Notes: generated by a model from the letters alone, not told the origin. Shown: positions 31,401-43,088, numbered from the stretch's first letter. The stretch: 64,000 nt of DNA from an uncultured Planctomycetota bacterium (GCA_963823665.1 CAWGMQ010000005.1:832001-896000); one strand, 5' to 3'. A program made the numbers and translations.

Positions 31401-34400
31401 GTCAATCTCAGCAGCTCCGACGCGAGCGCGCTGTTCTCGCCCCTCAGCTATGCCTTCACTGCGGGCGACGCCGGCACGCATTCCTTCTCGGCCACGCTCG
31501 AGACCGCGGGAACCCAGTCGATCAAGGCGTCCGACACCAGCAACAATGTCAGCGGAATCGAAACGGGCATCACGGTGCAGCCCGCTGCGGTCGCGAAGCT
31601 CGTCGTCTCCGGCTTCCCGACCAACCCCACCGCGGGAACGGCCCATAACTTCACGGTCACCGCGACCGATGCGTTCGGCAACGTGATCACCGGCTATCTG
31701 GGTACGGTGAATCTCAGCAGCACCGACCCGAACGCGGTCTTCTCGCCCCCCATCTACGCCTTCACTACCGGCGACGCCGGCACGCATTCCTTCTCGGCCA
31801 CGCTCGAGACCGCGGGAACCCAGTCGATCAAGGCGTCCGACACCAGCAACAATGTCAGCGGAACCGAAGCGGGCATCACGGTGCAGCCCGCCGCGCTCGC
31901 GAAGCTTCTCGTCTCAGGGTTCCCGACCAACCCCACCGCGGGAACGGCCCAGAGCTTCACGGTCACCGCGACCGATTCTTACGGGAATGTGATCACCGGA
32001 TACCGGGGCACCGTCAACCTCAGCAGCACCGACCCGAACGCACTCCTCTCCCCAAGCGGCTACACCTTCACGGCCGCTGACTCCGGGACGCATTCCTTTT
32101 CCGGCACGCTCGAGACCGCGGGAACCCAGTCGATCAAGGCGTCCGACACCAGCAACAATGTAAGCGGGACCGAAACGGGCATCACGGTGCAGCCCGCCGC
32201 CGTCCACTCGATCACGGTCAGCGGCTTCCCTGCCGAACCCACCGCCGGGACTGCCTATAACGTCACGGTCACCGCCTACGACGCCTACAACAACGTGGCC
32301 ACCGGCTACACCGGCACCGTCAATCTCAGCAGCACCGACGCGAACGCACTCTTCTCGCCCCCCAGCTTCACATTCACGGCCGCGAACGGCGGCACACATT
32401 CCTTCTCGGCCACACTCGAGACCGCGGGACCTCAGTCCATCAAGGCATCTGACACCAACAACAACATCAGCGGAACCGAAACCGGGATCACCGTGCAGCC
32501 CGCCGCCGTCCACTCGATCACGGTGAGCGGATTCCCTGCCGATCCCACAGCCGGCACTGCCTATAACGTCACGGTCACCGCCTATGACGCCTACAACAAT
32601 GTTGCCACCGGATACAGGGGCACGGTCAATCTCAGCAGCACCGACTCGAACGGACTCGTATCCCCAAGCAGCTACACCTTCACCGCCGCTGACTCCGGCA
32701 CGCATTCCTTCTCCGTCACGCTCAAGACCGCGGGGAGTGAGTCGATCAAGGCATCTGACACCGCGAACAATGTCAGCGGAACCGAAACGGGCATCACGGT
32801 GCAGCCCGCGGCCGCCCACGTGTTCACCGTGAACGGGTTCCCGGCGAATCCCACCGCTGGCACGGCCTACAACGTCACGGTCACCGCCTATGACGCCTAC
32901 AACAACGTGGCCAGCGGCTATTCCGGCATGGTCTACCTCAGCAGCACCGATTCGAATGCACTGTTCTCCCCGAGCAGCTACACCTTCACGGCCGCCGATG
33001 CCGGCTCCCACTCCTTCTCAGCAACGCTCGAGACCGCCGGAACTCAGTCAATCAAGGCATCGGACACCAACAACGATGTCAGCGGAACCGAAACGGGCAT
33101 CACGGTGCAGCCCGCGGCCGCCCACGTGTTCACGGTGAGCGGGTTCGCGGCGAATCCCACCGCCGGCACGACCTACAACGTCACGGTCACCGCCTATGAC
33201 GCGTACAGCAATGTTGCCACCGGATACCGGGGCAGCGTCAACCTCAGCAGCACCGACCCGAACGCACTCCTCTCCCCGAGCAGCTACACCTTCACCGCTG
33301 CCGACTTCGGCTCCCACACCTTCTCCGCCACGCTCAACACCGCGGGTGCTCAGTCGATCACCGCATCTGACACCACCAGCAATGTCAGCGGAACCGAAAC
33401 GGGCATCACGGTGCAGCCCGCGGCCGCCCACTCGTTCACCGTGACCGGCTTCCCGGCCGATCCGACAGCCGGCACGGCTTACAACTTCACGATCACCGCC
33501 TACGATGCCTACGACAACGTAGCCACCGGATACCGCGGCACGGTCAACGTTAGCAGCACCGACGCGAACGGGCTCCTTTCGCCATCCAGCTACACCTTCA
33601 CCGCCGACGACTCCGGCTCGCACACCTTCTCCGCCACGCTTGAGACCGCGGGGAGCCAGTCGATCAACGCATCCAACACGACCAACAATATCACCGGAGC
33701 CGAAACCGGCATCACCGTAAAGCCCGCTGCCGCTCAGTCATTCACGGTAAACGGGTTGCCGGCCAATCCCATGGCGGGCACGGCCTTCAACGTCACGGTC
33801 ACCGCCTATGACGCCTACAACAACGTGGCCGCCGGCTACGCGGGAACGGTCGATCTCAGCAGCACCGACCCGAACGCAGTCTTCTCGCCCTCCAGCTACA
33901 CCTTCACCGCGGCCGACTCCGGCTCCCACAACTTCTCCGTCACGCTCAAGACCGCGGGGAACCAGTCGATCAACGCATCGGACACGACGGCAGGTATCAA
34001 TGGAACCGAAGCCGGAATCGCGGTGTTTCCCGCCGTCGCGCACTCGTTCACGGCGAGCGGAGTGCCGGCCGAAACGACGGCCGGCACGGCCTACAACTTC
34101 ACGGTCACCGCGTATGACGCCTACAACAACGTGGCCACCGGCTACCGGGGCACCGTCAACCTCAGCAGCACCGACCCGAACGCAGTCTTCTCGCCCTCCA
34201 GCTACACCTTCAATGCCGCCGACGCCGGCTCGCATTCCTTCTCCGCCACGCTCAAGACCGCGGGCGCTCAGTCGATCAACGCATCTGACACGACGAACAA
34301 TGTCACTGGAACCGAAACGGGCATCACGGTGCAGCCCGCGGCCGCCTACTCGCTCACCGTGACCGGCTTCCCGGCCAATCCCACTGCCGGCACGGCCTAC

Positions 34401-36308
34401 AACGTCACGGTCACCGCCTATGACTCCTACAACAACGTGGCCACCGGCTACGCGGGCACGGTCAACCTCAGCAGCAGCGACCCGAATGCGCTCTTCTCGC
34501 CCTCCAGCTTCGCCTTCAGCGCCGCCGACGCCGGGACGCACACGTTTTCCGTGACGCTCAAAACGGCCGGGGCCCAATCGATCACGGCCAGGGACGCGAA
34601 CGAGAGCAGCATCATGGGCATCCAATCGAACATCGCCGTCAGCCCGGCGCCGGCCAGCGTTCTGGTGCTCTCGGGTTTTCCATCAACGACGGCCGGGGCG
34701 GTCCAGAACTTCACCGTGACCGCGCTCGATCCTTACGGGAACAGAGCCACCGGCTATACCGGCACGATCCATTTCGAGAGCAGCGACGACCGGGCGACCT
34801 CGGGGTCGGGATTACCGACTGACTACACGTTCCGCGCCGGGCCAGGCCAGGATAACGGCGAGCATGTCTTCAGCGCCGTCCTCAAGACGGCGGGAACGCA
34901 ATCGATCACCGCGCAGGATACGGCAAGCGCCACAATCGCCGGCACACAGTCCGGCATTGTTGTGAGCCCGGCGGCTGCGACCCGATTGTTCTTCGGGCAG
35001 CAGCCGACGGACGCAACAGCGGGCTCGGCGATCACACCGGCGCCCACGGTGCAGGTTGAAGACGTGTACGGCAACGTGGTCACGGGCGACAGCTCTACTG
35101 TCACGCTGACACTCTCCGGAGCAACATTCGAGGGGGGCTCGAACTCGCTGGCGGCGAGCGTATCGGAGGGGGTGGCGACATTCAGCGGGTTGAAGATCGA
35201 CCTGGCCGGTAGCGACTCGCTCTCGGCGTCCGATGGCACGCTCGCGCCCTCGGGTGCCAGCCACAGCTTCACCATCAGTCCGGCTGCGGCTGCCCGTTTG
35301 GTGTTCCACACCCAGCCGTCCTCGACCGGCACCGCCGGCCAGGAATTCACAACTCAGCCGCAAGTGTACGAACTCGACCAGTTCGGCAACCTGGAGACGC
35401 TCGACAGCAGCACCGTGGTTACAGCGTCGGCGGGCAACGGCAAAGGCCCGCTCCAGGGAATTGCAGGCGTCACTGTCTCGGGTGGAATCGCGACATTCAC
35501 CAACCTCGGCGAGAACACGGCGGGAACGATCTCGCTCACCGTGAACAGTGGCACGCTCGTTCCGGCGGTCTCGAACGCCATCGACGTGATGGCCGCTCCG
35601 GCCACGCAACTGGTGATCACGACACCGCCGCCATCGCCTCTCGTCGCCGAACAGGCGTTCACCCTGGTCGTCGCCGCCCAGGATCCCTACGGTAACCTGG
35701 ACCCGACGTACAGCGGCAACGTGACTGTTTCGATTCCGAATGACCCGAGCTTCACGACGACGACCGTTGCCGCCCAGGATGGAATCGCGACGTTCGTGGG
35801 CCTCACGCTCAATCAGTCTGCCAGCGGAGCAACGATCCGCGTCGTGGCAAACGGGCTGAGCGCCGCAGTGAGCAACCCTGTGCAGATGCCATCGGCGCCG
35901 ACGATCATCAGCGAGCACGTGGTGTTGCTGCAGAAGATGAACAAGAAGGGGAAGAAAGTCGGCAAACCAGTGTTCCAGGGCTTTGCACTGGTTTACAGCG
36001 GGCCCATGAACCCATCCTCGGCCGGTCTAGCCGCCAATTACCAGGTGGCCACGACAACCAAGAACCGCATCAAGAAGAAAACGGTGACGGTGCTCAAGCC
36101 GGTTTCCATCACGGCGGTCTACAAGTCCGCGACCGATACGGTGACTCTCACCGTCAAGGGCAAGCCGAATTTCGCCAAGGGGGGCCAGATCACGGTCACC
36201 GCATCATCGCCGGGGGGTGTCACCAGCTCGGAGGGCGAGCCGCTCAGCTCGAGCGATACGAAGTTCATCATCTCGCCGAAGGCGAAGAGAGTCCAGGGGC
36301 CGGCATGA
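28437..36308 (+). CDS. Giant secreted S8 peptidase with LEPR-XLL leader and tandem Ig-like repeats
   Basis: EWLEGRTLLS leader; catalytic triad VDSG / GHGT / SGTSMAAP; 102-aa repeats; basic C-terminal domain. Confidence 0.9.
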   Translation: MSQRGRRSARSLTIARFFNGWTSVRPTAVTRRRRGVRVFLAAEWLEGRTLLSVPGANGLVPSASPATSSELGTFNLQLRSGSLQALSQLMPVITADGATVTATAISGLYVVQTPDQSMGQLEADLSSNPAVAYAEPVQTFQIQAAPNDPDYTNGDQWQFTGTWGVNAQAAWNVTTGSDQVIVADVDSGLNYNIKDIYDNVWLNQPEIPANVIGNLTDVYNDGVITFTDLNNPANQGAGKIEDTNGDGIITGTDVLASTSVGGWVNSSVPDTQDGDTADPNDFIGWNYVNDTNNPMDAEGHGTFTASEIAEMTNNSLGGAGLVWNTQIMPVAFLDSSGNGTDTAAAEAVDYAVNHGAKVINASWGGTGTDSTIEAAIAYADSHGVIIVAAAGNNGADDDTTFFSPASYSAQYPNVISVAAIGTNGSRASFSDYGVGTVQLAAPGVNVYSAASNGGFGTMSGTSMAAPMVTGAVALVEAAHPSWTMSQVVDAIVDTVTPDPSLAGVVTSGGVLNVGAAVANTDGPYVVSGTPDGSINTTGGFSTVQLTFNEEINPATFTSSQVTFTGPGGVIPAADLTITAVSGSNDHEFQISFPSQSAAGTYKLTVGPDIQDWYGNDMNQNRNGANGEAADAFTETIRLTAPGSTDLLSITGIPTVTPAGTAETFTVTALSPNGGTDTSYAGTVHFTSTDPHAVLPANYPFTAANNGTHTFTVTFKTAGREAITATDTANPAIAGTEENFIVSPGAATSLKVAGFPTSDTAGTPQTFTVTALDTYGNVATSYTGTITFTSSDGAAVLPPNTTIVPEDQGTFSFTATLETVGTQSITATDTTTSSITGTESNISVELTVPKSLVITGFPATVTAGTAGNVTVTAYNADGTVTTGYTGTVDFSSTDGNALLPAPYTFTSADAGTHTFSVTLETAGSQSITVTDSSTSTLTGTETGITVQPAALAKLLVSGFPTNPTAGTAHNFTVTATDAYGNVITGYLGTVNLSSSDASALFSPLSYAFTAGDAGTHSFSATLETAGTQSIKASDTSNNVSGIETGITVQPAAVAKLVVSGFPTNPTAGTAHNFTVTATDAFGNVITGYLGTVNLSSTDPNAVFSPPIYAFTTGDAGTHSFSATLETAGTQSIKASDTSNNVSGTEAGITVQPAALAKLLVSGFPTNPTAGTAQSFTVTATDSYGNVITGYRGTVNLSSTDPNALLSPSGYTFTAADSGTHSFSGTLETAGTQSIKASDTSNNVSGTETGITVQPAAVHSITVSGFPAEPTAGTAYNVTVTAYDAYNNVATGYTGTVNLSSTDANALFSPPSFTFTAANGGTHSFSATLETAGPQSIKASDTNNNISGTETGITVQPAAVHSITVSGFPADPTAGTAYNVTVTAYDAYNNVATGYRGTVNLSSTDSNGLVSPSSYTFTAADSGTHSFSVTLKTAGSESIKASDTANNVSGTETGITVQPAAAHVFTVNGFPANPTAGTAYNVTVTAYDAYNNVASGYSGMVYLSSTDSNALFSPSSYTFTAADAGSHSFSATLETAGTQSIKASDTNNDVSGTETGITVQPAAAHVFTVSGFAANPTAGTTYNVTVTAYDAYSNVATGYRGSVNLSSTDPNALLSPSSYTFTAADFGSHTFSATLNTAGAQSITASDTTSNVSGTETGITVQPAAAHSFTVTGFPADPTAGTAYNFTITAYDAYDNVATGYRGTVNVSSTDANGLLSPSSYTFTADDSGSHTFSATLETAGSQSINASNTTNNITGAETGITVKPAAAQSFTVNGLPANPMAGTAFNVTVTAYDAYNNVAAGYAGTVDLSSTDPNAVFSPSSYTFTAADSGSHNFSVTLKTAGNQSINASDTTAGINGTEAGIAVFPAVAHSFTASGVPAETTAGTAYNFTVTAYDAYNNVATGYRGTVNLSSTDPNAVFSPSSYTFNAADAGSHSFSATLKTAGAQSINASDTTNNVTGTETGITVQPAAAYSLTVTGFPANPTAGTAYNVTVTAYDSYNNVATGYAGTVNLSSSDPNALFSPSSFAFSAADAGTHTFSVTLKTAGAQSITARDANESSIMGIQSNIAVSPAPASVLVLSGFPSTTAGAVQNFTVTALDPYGNRATGYTGTIHFESSDDRATSGSGLPTDYTFRAGPGQDNGEHVFSAVLKTAGTQSITAQDTASATIAGTQSGIVVSPAAATRLFFGQQPTDATAGSAITPAPTVQVEDVYGNVVTGDSSTVTLTLSGATFEGGSNSLAASVSEGVATFSGLKIDLAGSDSLSASDGTLAPSGASHSFTISPAAAARLVFHTQPSSTGTAGQEFTTQPQVYELDQFGNLETLDSSTVVTASAGNGKGPLQGIAGVTVSGGIATFTNLGENTAGTISLTVNSGTLVPAVSNAIDVMAAPATQLVITTPPPSPLVAEQAFTLVVAAQDPYGNLDPTYSGNVTVSIPNDPSFTTTTVAAQDGIATFVGLTLNQSASGATIRVVANGLSAAVSNPVQMPSAPTIISEHVVLLQKMNKKGKKVGKPVFQGFALVYSGPMNPSSAGLAANYQVATTTKNRIKKKTVTVLKPVSITAVYKSATDTVTLTVKGKPNFAKGGQITVTASSPGGVTSSEGEPLSSSDTKFIISPKAKRVQGPA
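30380..34970 (+). repeat. Intragenic ~306-bp tandem repeats (about 15 units)
   Basis: GCATCACGGTGCAGCCC recurs at 31261, 31567, 31873 ... 34321, a 306-bp period. Confidence 0.9.
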
Positions 36309-36340
36309 GAAGCGGAGTGCGCAGGATTCGAAGTCGATTC

Positions 36341-37474
36341 TCAGTAAGCTTCCGAGCTGAGCGCTTCCCGATTGTTCGGAGTCGCGAGGGCATACCAGGT
36401 GCTGTGGCTCACCCCGTTCTTGATGAAATGGACCGAGCCGTCCATGAACAGCACGTTCACGCCGCCGGGATGGTAGGAAGTGGCCCCAACCATCGTGAGC
36501 GAGGCGCGGCCGTCCTGATTGATGTCGTGGTAGACGCAGTTGGTCCGATTGGGCATCTGGGTGTGGGAGTAGATCATGCCGGGGCCATAACTCCACCACT
36601 CACCCTTCCATTGCCACTGCTGGTTGGGGGGCCTGATCGGAATCCGGTTGCACAGTTCCGCGAACTGGAGGTCGGTCGAGTAAAAGTTGGAATTCTCGCC
36701 GAGGTTGTACACCTCCATCAGCCCGTCCCGGGAACGGCCGGTTGGCACGGCCAGGCCCTTGATCCACTCGCTGAAGATCGCTGTGTTGGTGGTACCATCG
36801 ACGAAGGTCGCCAGGTCGGTCGTGTTACTGACGGTCTTATCCCAGGAGCTGGCGATGTAGTTCGGTCCGTTCAACTGCCAGCTCCGATCCGGCGCCCCGC
36901 CGCTGATCCGCCGGTTCAGGCCGATATTGGCCCCATAGCTGCTGGAACCCACCACCTTGTTCCCCCCACCAAACGTGAAAAAGCTGGACGATCCCGGATT
37001 GCTGTCCGAGGGGCACAAGAAGAAGGAAAGCGTCGTGACCAGAACGGTCATCTGGGGAATGCTATCCCCGTTTCCGAAGTTAGCGTTCGTCGGATCGTAA
37101 TTGGGATTGGCGTCTGCATAGGCAACATCGCCGCTCCAGCGAGCGCCGAACGACCAGTTAATCGCATTGAAAAGCACTCGCTGCTCCAGGTACGGAAGCA
37201 GCCGCGCGTGCTGCGACCAGTTCTGGTGCGGCTGGGGAACCGGAACGGTTCCCACCCACGTCGGATCGACGCAGACGGGCGGCAAGACGCTGTGGTCGCT
37301 CACGTAGGCGTTCATCGCCAGACCGAGCTGCTTGAGATTGTTAATGCACTGCGTCCGCCGAGCCGCTTCACGTGCAGCTTGAACAGCCGGTAGCAACAAG
37401 CCAATGAGAACGCCGATGATTGCGATCACCACAAGCAGCTCGATCAACGTGAAGCCGTGGTCTCTTCGAGTCAT
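36341..37474 (-). CDS. DUF1559 prepilin-type N-terminal cleavage/methylation protein
   Basis: [34 protein letters not shown] and [14 protein letters not shown]. Confidence 0.95.
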   Translation of the reverse strand: MTRRDHGFTLIELLVVIAIIGVLIGLLLPAVQAAREAARRTQCINNLKQLGLAMNAYVSDHSVLPPVCVDPTWVGTVPVPQPHQNWSQHARLLPYLEQRVLFNAINWSFGARWSGDVAYADANPNYDPTNANFGNGDSIPQMTVLVTTLSFFLCPSDSNPGSSSFFTFGGGNKVVGSSSYGANIGLNRRISGGAPDRSWQLNGPNYIASSWDKTVSNTTDLATFVDGTTNTAIFSEWIKGLAVPTGRSRDGLMEVYNLGENSNFYSTDLQFAELCNRIPIRPPNQQWQWKGEWWSYGPGMIYSHTQMPNRTNCVYHDINQDGRASLTMVGATSYHPGGVNVLFMDGSVHFIKNGVSHSTWYALATPNNREALSSEAY

Positions 37475-37530
37475 GGTCTGTGCCCTTAACCCAGCGGTTG
37501 GACGTATTGCCGCACCAGCGAATTCCCCGG

Positions 37531-37787
37531 CTACTTCGGGGCCGGATAACCGGCTCCCTGGTCCGGGACAGGTCCGTTCTTCATGCCCGCACCCCCCTGA
37601 ACGCCCGGGGTAATCCCGTAATACTCGTCCTGAGTCTGCGCCTGAGCGGTGCGAGAACCGGGGATCGCGTTCTTCGCTGCGGCCGCTTGCGCTTGATGGG
37701 CGCCTCGTTGTCTTCCGCGCAGCCGACGAGCCCCGTGAAGCAAAAGCAGAGCAGAGCGAGCCTCACTCCATTGGCGAGCAACCTCAT
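37531..37787 (-). CDS. Small lipoprotein partner of DUF1559, frameshifted near 37690
   Basis: [23 protein letters not shown] lipobox; the tail continues in a second frame. Confidence 0.55.
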
Positions 37788-37868
37788 GATGAGTATGCGT
37801 CTCCTCAAACGACGGCAGGGCAAAAAAGGAAATGCAGGGTGTGCGATCATCCGCGCCCATCGTTCATG

Positions 37869-39075
37869 TTACTTCCGCCGCGCCGGGGCGACAAGATGAG
37901 GCGGGTCGTCGCCCGGTCGCGAACTTGCCCGAGCCAGGGCAACAACTTTCCACCCCTCGGTACCGTAACGAAGATCGCGCTCGGTGAATTCCCAGATCAC
38001 TTGCTTCTTGTTCAAGAGGAGCTCCGGTCGGCGTGCCAGCTCTTGCCGGACCAGTGTGGAGGCTCCGCCGTCGTTCACAATCGAGGTGAGTTCTTGCCCG
38101 AGCTCCCGCGCCAGATGCGCGATGAACCCGGCGGCCCCTGGCTCGTCCTGCTCATAGATCCGGAGAAAACTATCGCCCAGGACCAGTATTTCGGACTCCG
38201 GCCGATCGTGGTACGCCGTGCCGGTGTCCGGCTCGACCACTTGAAGGCACGCCAGGCTCTCCGGTTCGAGCGTGCGCTCGATCTGCGGCACCCGCAGCAT
38301 TTCGACCAGATCGCCGAGGCGCCGGACGGTGACCGGGCGCAGGGCATACGCGCGATCACCCCGATTGACGGCGTTTGCATCGAGCACCCGGCGCGCACGG
38401 CGGCGGCGGCCACCCGCGCGCCTTCCGGCGACCAGTGGCTGTCCTGCATCAGATAGAGCCGCCTCAAATGCGTCCGGCCCTCCTCGTCCCGGGCGCGTCG
38501 AAACGTCTCGAAAAGGTCGACATGCTCGATTCCGCACTGATCCAACTGATCGAGCAGACGACGGGTCTGTTCGCAAACGATGACTCCCGCGCCTTCCGCC
38601 CGCCCGGCGAGCATCTCGGGATAGACGCACTCCTTGTTGGGCACCGGAACGACCAGCAGCCGGATCCCGCGCTCCTGGAGCTGATCGCGGAACGATTGGA
38701 TCGCAAGAAGAGGATCGGCAAGTTCGCGTTCAGGAGCGCCGGGCGGGCGCTCGATCACATAGCGCACGCTCGGCCGATAAAAGAGCCAGCCGTCACGACC
38801 TGGAACGGCATTCTCGCCGGCATCGGCAAGAAACCTCCACTCGAGGTACTGTACCCACGGCCGGAGCCGCTTGACGACGAGACTCGTCTCCTCAAGGCTC
38901 TGCTCGTACGCGTGCAGGTTGCCGGCCGTCGGAGCTTGGCGGAAAACGTCAAGCGCGCGGGCGCTCGCCGTCTCGAAGCTCGGACACCGTCTGAACGAGC
39001 CCCGGCGCCATGATCACGGCGAGAAAGACAGCAACCACAAAAATGTACGGACCACGGCGCGTCTGCAAGGCAGAA
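37869..39075 (-). CDS. AlgX/AlgJ-like SGNH O-acetyltransferase, two frameshifts (~38955 and ~38395)
   Basis: GRDGWLFYRP, VPVPNK..VYPE, DSHWSPEGA, LVLGDSF and WEFTERDL motifs; adjacent to an MBOAT gene. Confidence 0.75.
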
Positions 39076-39078
39076 ATC

Positions 39079-40527
39079 CTAGAACTGGAAGTACAGGAAC
39101 GGGTTGAACGACTGCGAGAACATTACAAGCAGCGAGGCGCAGAAAAGCGGATGCACAACGATCGCCTTGGGCCAGGTGACCTGCCTGCTCCACTCGTGCG
39201 CCTGGACTGGCCAGGCGACGACCACGGCGCCGATGGCCATGATCAGGAACGCCTCCCTGGTATACAGCAGGCCCGGCAAGAGCAGCGTGGCGGAGCCAGA
39301 GCCCCCCTGCCCGATCATGACCCCCAGGTATTCCATCGCCTCGTGCAGATTCGCCGAGCGAAACAGGACCCACGAGAAGAGCACCAGCACGAACGTGGCC
39401 GCCACGCGCACCGGCCGCGGGAATTGTTCCAGTGCGCTGCGCTTGCCCCGGAGCCGCTCAAACGCGAGCAGGACGCCGTGATACGCCCCCCAGGCGACGA
39501 ACGTCCATTTCGCGCCGTGCCACAGCCCGCCCAGCAGCATCACGAGGATGAGATTAAAGTAGGTGCGTCGAGAGCCGTGCCGATTGCCCCCGAGAGGAAT
39601 ATAGAGATAATCGCGCAAGAATGTACTCAGCGAGATGTGCCAGCGCCGCCAGAAGTCCGTGATGCTCTCGGCCTGGTAGGGCGAATCGAAATTCTTCAGG
39701 AACTCGAAGCCCACCATCCGCCCCAGGCCGATGGCCATGTCGGAATAACCGGAGAAATCGAAGTAGATCTGGAATGCATAAGCCAGCGCGCCGAACCAGG
39801 CATCCGGCGTGGAAAGCGATTGGGCGTCGAACGCGGCGTCGGCAACCCTGCCCATCGGGTTGGCCAGCAAGATCTTCTTGGCGAAGCCGAGGGCGAACAG
39901 GGTCACGCCCGAGCCGAATTTCTCCCAGGTGTGGGATCGGCTTACGAGCTGGTCGGCCACTGTGTTGTAGCGGATGATCGGCCCGGCGACGAGCTGGGGA
40001 AAGAGTGCGATGTAGCAAGCGAAATCAATGAACGACCGAACGGGAGGAGCCGTGCCGCGATAGACGTCGATCGTGTAGCTGAGCGCGTGGAACGTATAGA
40101 ACGAGATCCCGATGGGCAACGCGATCGCAAGCACTCGCAGCGTGCCGGCTCCGAACCAGGCCAGCGCCTGGTTCAGGTTAATCTCGAAGAACAGGAAATA
40201 CTTGAAGAACCCAAGCGTGCCCAGGCTCATGACAACGGCGCACGTCGCGACCCAGAAGGAGAGCCTGCGACTGATCCCCGGCAGCCCGATGATCCGCCCG
40301 CAGACATAGTTCACGCCGGTGATCCCGAGCATCAAGAGGATGAACCAGGGGTTCCACCAACCGTAGAAGACGTAGCTCGCGAGAACCAAAAAAGTGTTGA
40401 GCACCAGGCTGGTGCGACCCACCGGCGCCCCGGCGTGCCGACTCAAGCCATCGAGGGCGTAATAGAACACCAGGACCAGCGGCAAGAAGTAGAAGACAAA
40501 GAGATATGTCGTGAAGACCATGGTCAC
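39079..40527 (-). CDS. algI: MBOAT family O-acyltransferase (AlgI/DltB-like)
   Basis: LPIGISFYTF, FPQLVAGPI, FWRRWHISLS and GLWHGA. Confidence 0.9.
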   Translation of the reverse strand: MTMVFTTYLFVFYFLPLVLVFYYALDGLSRHAGAPVGRTSLVLNTFLVLASYVFYGWWNPWFILLMLGITGVNYVCGRIIGLPGISRRLSFWVATCAVVMSLGTLGFFKYFLFFEINLNQALAWFGAGTLRVLAIALPIGISFYTFHALSYTIDVYRGTAPPVRSFIDFACYIALFPQLVAGPIIRYNTVADQLVSRSHTWEKFGSGVTLFALGFAKKILLANPMGRVADAAFDAQSLSTPDAWFGALAYAFQIYFDFSGYSDMAIGLGRMVGFEFLKNFDSPYQAESITDFWRRWHISLSTFLRDYLYIPLGGNRHGSRRTYFNLILVMLLGGLWHGAKWTFVAWGAYHGVLLAFERLRGKRSALEQFPRPVRVAATFVLVLFSWVLFRSANLHEAMEYLGVMIGQGGSGSATLLLPGLLYTREAFLIMAIGAVVVAWPVQAHEWSRQVTWPKAIVVHPLFCASLLVMFSQSFNPFLYFQF

Positions 40528-40536
40528 ACAGGCCGG

Positions 40537-41022
40537 TCAGTCGCTGACCAGGTTTGTCCAGACCGCCCAGTAGATGGGGTCGGTGTCTTCCTCGGAATAC
40601 TTGTTGAGGATACCGCCAGTGAAATGGTCAAGCATCGATCCTTCGAGTGCCATGCGGTGCACCTGGCCGGCGCGGAACGATTTGAGATTGCCGCCGATGT
40701 CCTCCACGCGCCGATCGGCCACTTCGGAGCGGGGCTTCGCCGGATTGTAGTGGCCGACGTAGATGGTCTGGCCCTTCACCCGGCCGCGGTGGACTTCGAT
40801 CACCTCGTACTTGAGAACGGTCGCGTAGTTGTACAGCTTCCGATCGAAGATCGCCCCCTCGGGGATCTCGACGAGCCTCGCCGTGACCTCGATGCTGCCC
40901 CGCTTCGCCAGCTCGGGATCCGAGCTTGCCGTGCCCTCGCTGTTCCTGCCACAGCCGGCCGTCAAAAGACCCACGGCAAGCAGGAGACTCCCCACGAAGG
41001 TTCGGCTCGTTCGCAAGCTCAT
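40537..41022 (-). CDS. Lipoprotein, hypothetical
   Basis: LTAGC lipobox; co-oriented upstream of the MBOAT gene. Confidence 0.7.
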   Translation of the reverse strand: MSLRTSRTFVGSLLLAVGLLTAGCGRNSEGTASSDPELAKRGSIEVTARLVEIPEGAIFDRKLYNYATVLKYEVIEVHRGRVKGQTIYVGHYNPAKPRSEVADRRVEDIGGNLKSFRAGQVHRMALEGSMLDHFTGGILNKYSEEDTDPIYWAVWTNLVSD

Positions 41023-41050
41023 GAGTGTAGCGCCTCACTTGACGATGGAC

Positions 41051-42238
<1,188 letters not shown>

Positions 42239-42341
42239 CGCAGTTATGTCCTCACGCAGACGGAAGTTTCGATGAATTGAGCATACCCGTTGAACGGCTG
42301 GGAGGGAACCGAAGAAGCCCGCCGGTCAGTCGATACTGGAG

Positions 42342-42425
42342 CGGAAGGAGAGGGAGTCGAACCCTCAAGGCTCATCGCTCGCCCGATTTCAAATCGGGTG
42401 CCGTCGCCCGTCGGCTTGCCCTTCC
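42342..42425 (-). tRNA. tRNA-Ser(TGA)
   Basis: CCCGA-TT-TGA-AA-TCGGG anticodon arm, long variable arm. Confidence 0.9.
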
Positions 42426-42531
42426 CGATCTTCGATTGCGCTTGCGCTCATCGACGTGATGGGTCGCCAAAAGTCGCCGCGATGAAGCAATTCGCGCTGA
42501 TCTCGCTCGCGACAGGTCAGTGTTTCGCGAG

Positions 42532-42617
42532 CGGAAGGCAAGGGATTCGAACCCTCATTCCCCGAAGGGAAACCGCGTTAGCAGTGCGGCCCGGCCAACC
42601 GTATCCGGCTACCTTCC
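42532..42617 (-). tRNA. tRNA-Ser(GCT)
   Basis: CT-GCT-AA loop, long variable arm, GGTTCGAATCC T-arm. Confidence 0.9.
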
Positions 42618-42623
42618 CAAAAA

Positions 42624-42694
42624 TGGACCGCCGGGGAGTCGAACCCCGATTTCCTGCTTGCAAGGCAGGTGTCGTCCCGTTGGACCAGCAGCCC
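42624..42694 (-). tRNA. tRNA-Ala(TGC)
   Basis: CCTGC-CT-TGC-AA-GCAGG; G3:U70 pair. Confidence 0.9.
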
Positions 42695-42709
42695 GTTTTG
42701 TCTTCCCAA

Positions 42710-42780
42710 AGGTCCGCCCGAGAATTGAACTCGGTCCCCCTCTTTACAAGAGAGGAATGCAGCCAGCACACCCGCGGACC
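42710..42780 (-). tRNA. tRNA-Thr(TGT)
   Basis: CCTCT-CT-TGT-AA-AGAGG. Confidence 0.8.
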
Positions 42781-42804
42781 ACTCACTTCTTCCCAGTCAT
42801 GAAG

Positions 42805-42877
42805 TCATCCCGGAGGGAGTCGAACCCCCGTTTCCTCTTTGTAGGAGAGGCGTCGTTAGCCGTTGGACCACGGGACG
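42805..42877 (-). tRNA. tRNA-Val(TAC)
   Basis: CCTCT-CC-TAC-AA-AGAGG (C at position 33). Confidence 0.8.
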
Positions 42878-42902
42878 TCACCGCTTGCTCATCTCTTTCC
42901 AG

Positions 42903-42976
42903 TAGCACGGGTGGGAGTCGAACCCACAGACATCAGTCTCTCGAACTGATCGCTATGCCAATTCGCGTACCGTGCC
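42903..42976 (-). tRNA. tRNA-Leu(GAG), short variable loop
   Basis: TCAGT-TC-GAG-AG-ACTGA; no long variable arm. Confidence 0.75.
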
Positions 42977-43017
42977 GGCAATCGCATGAGATCACATCCT
43001 GTCGCTCACCACATCCA

Positions 43018-43086
43018 TTGCGGGCCCGGGAGTCGAACCGCGGCGTCCGAGCTTATGAAACTCGGCCGAGCACCAGCCCGCCCGCA
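43018..43086 (-). tRNA. tRNA with CAT anticodon (Met/fMet/Ile2), reduced D-arm
   Basis: CGAGT-TT-CAT-AA-GCTCG; GGTTCGACTCC T-arm. Confidence 0.7.
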
Positions 43087-43088
43087 TG

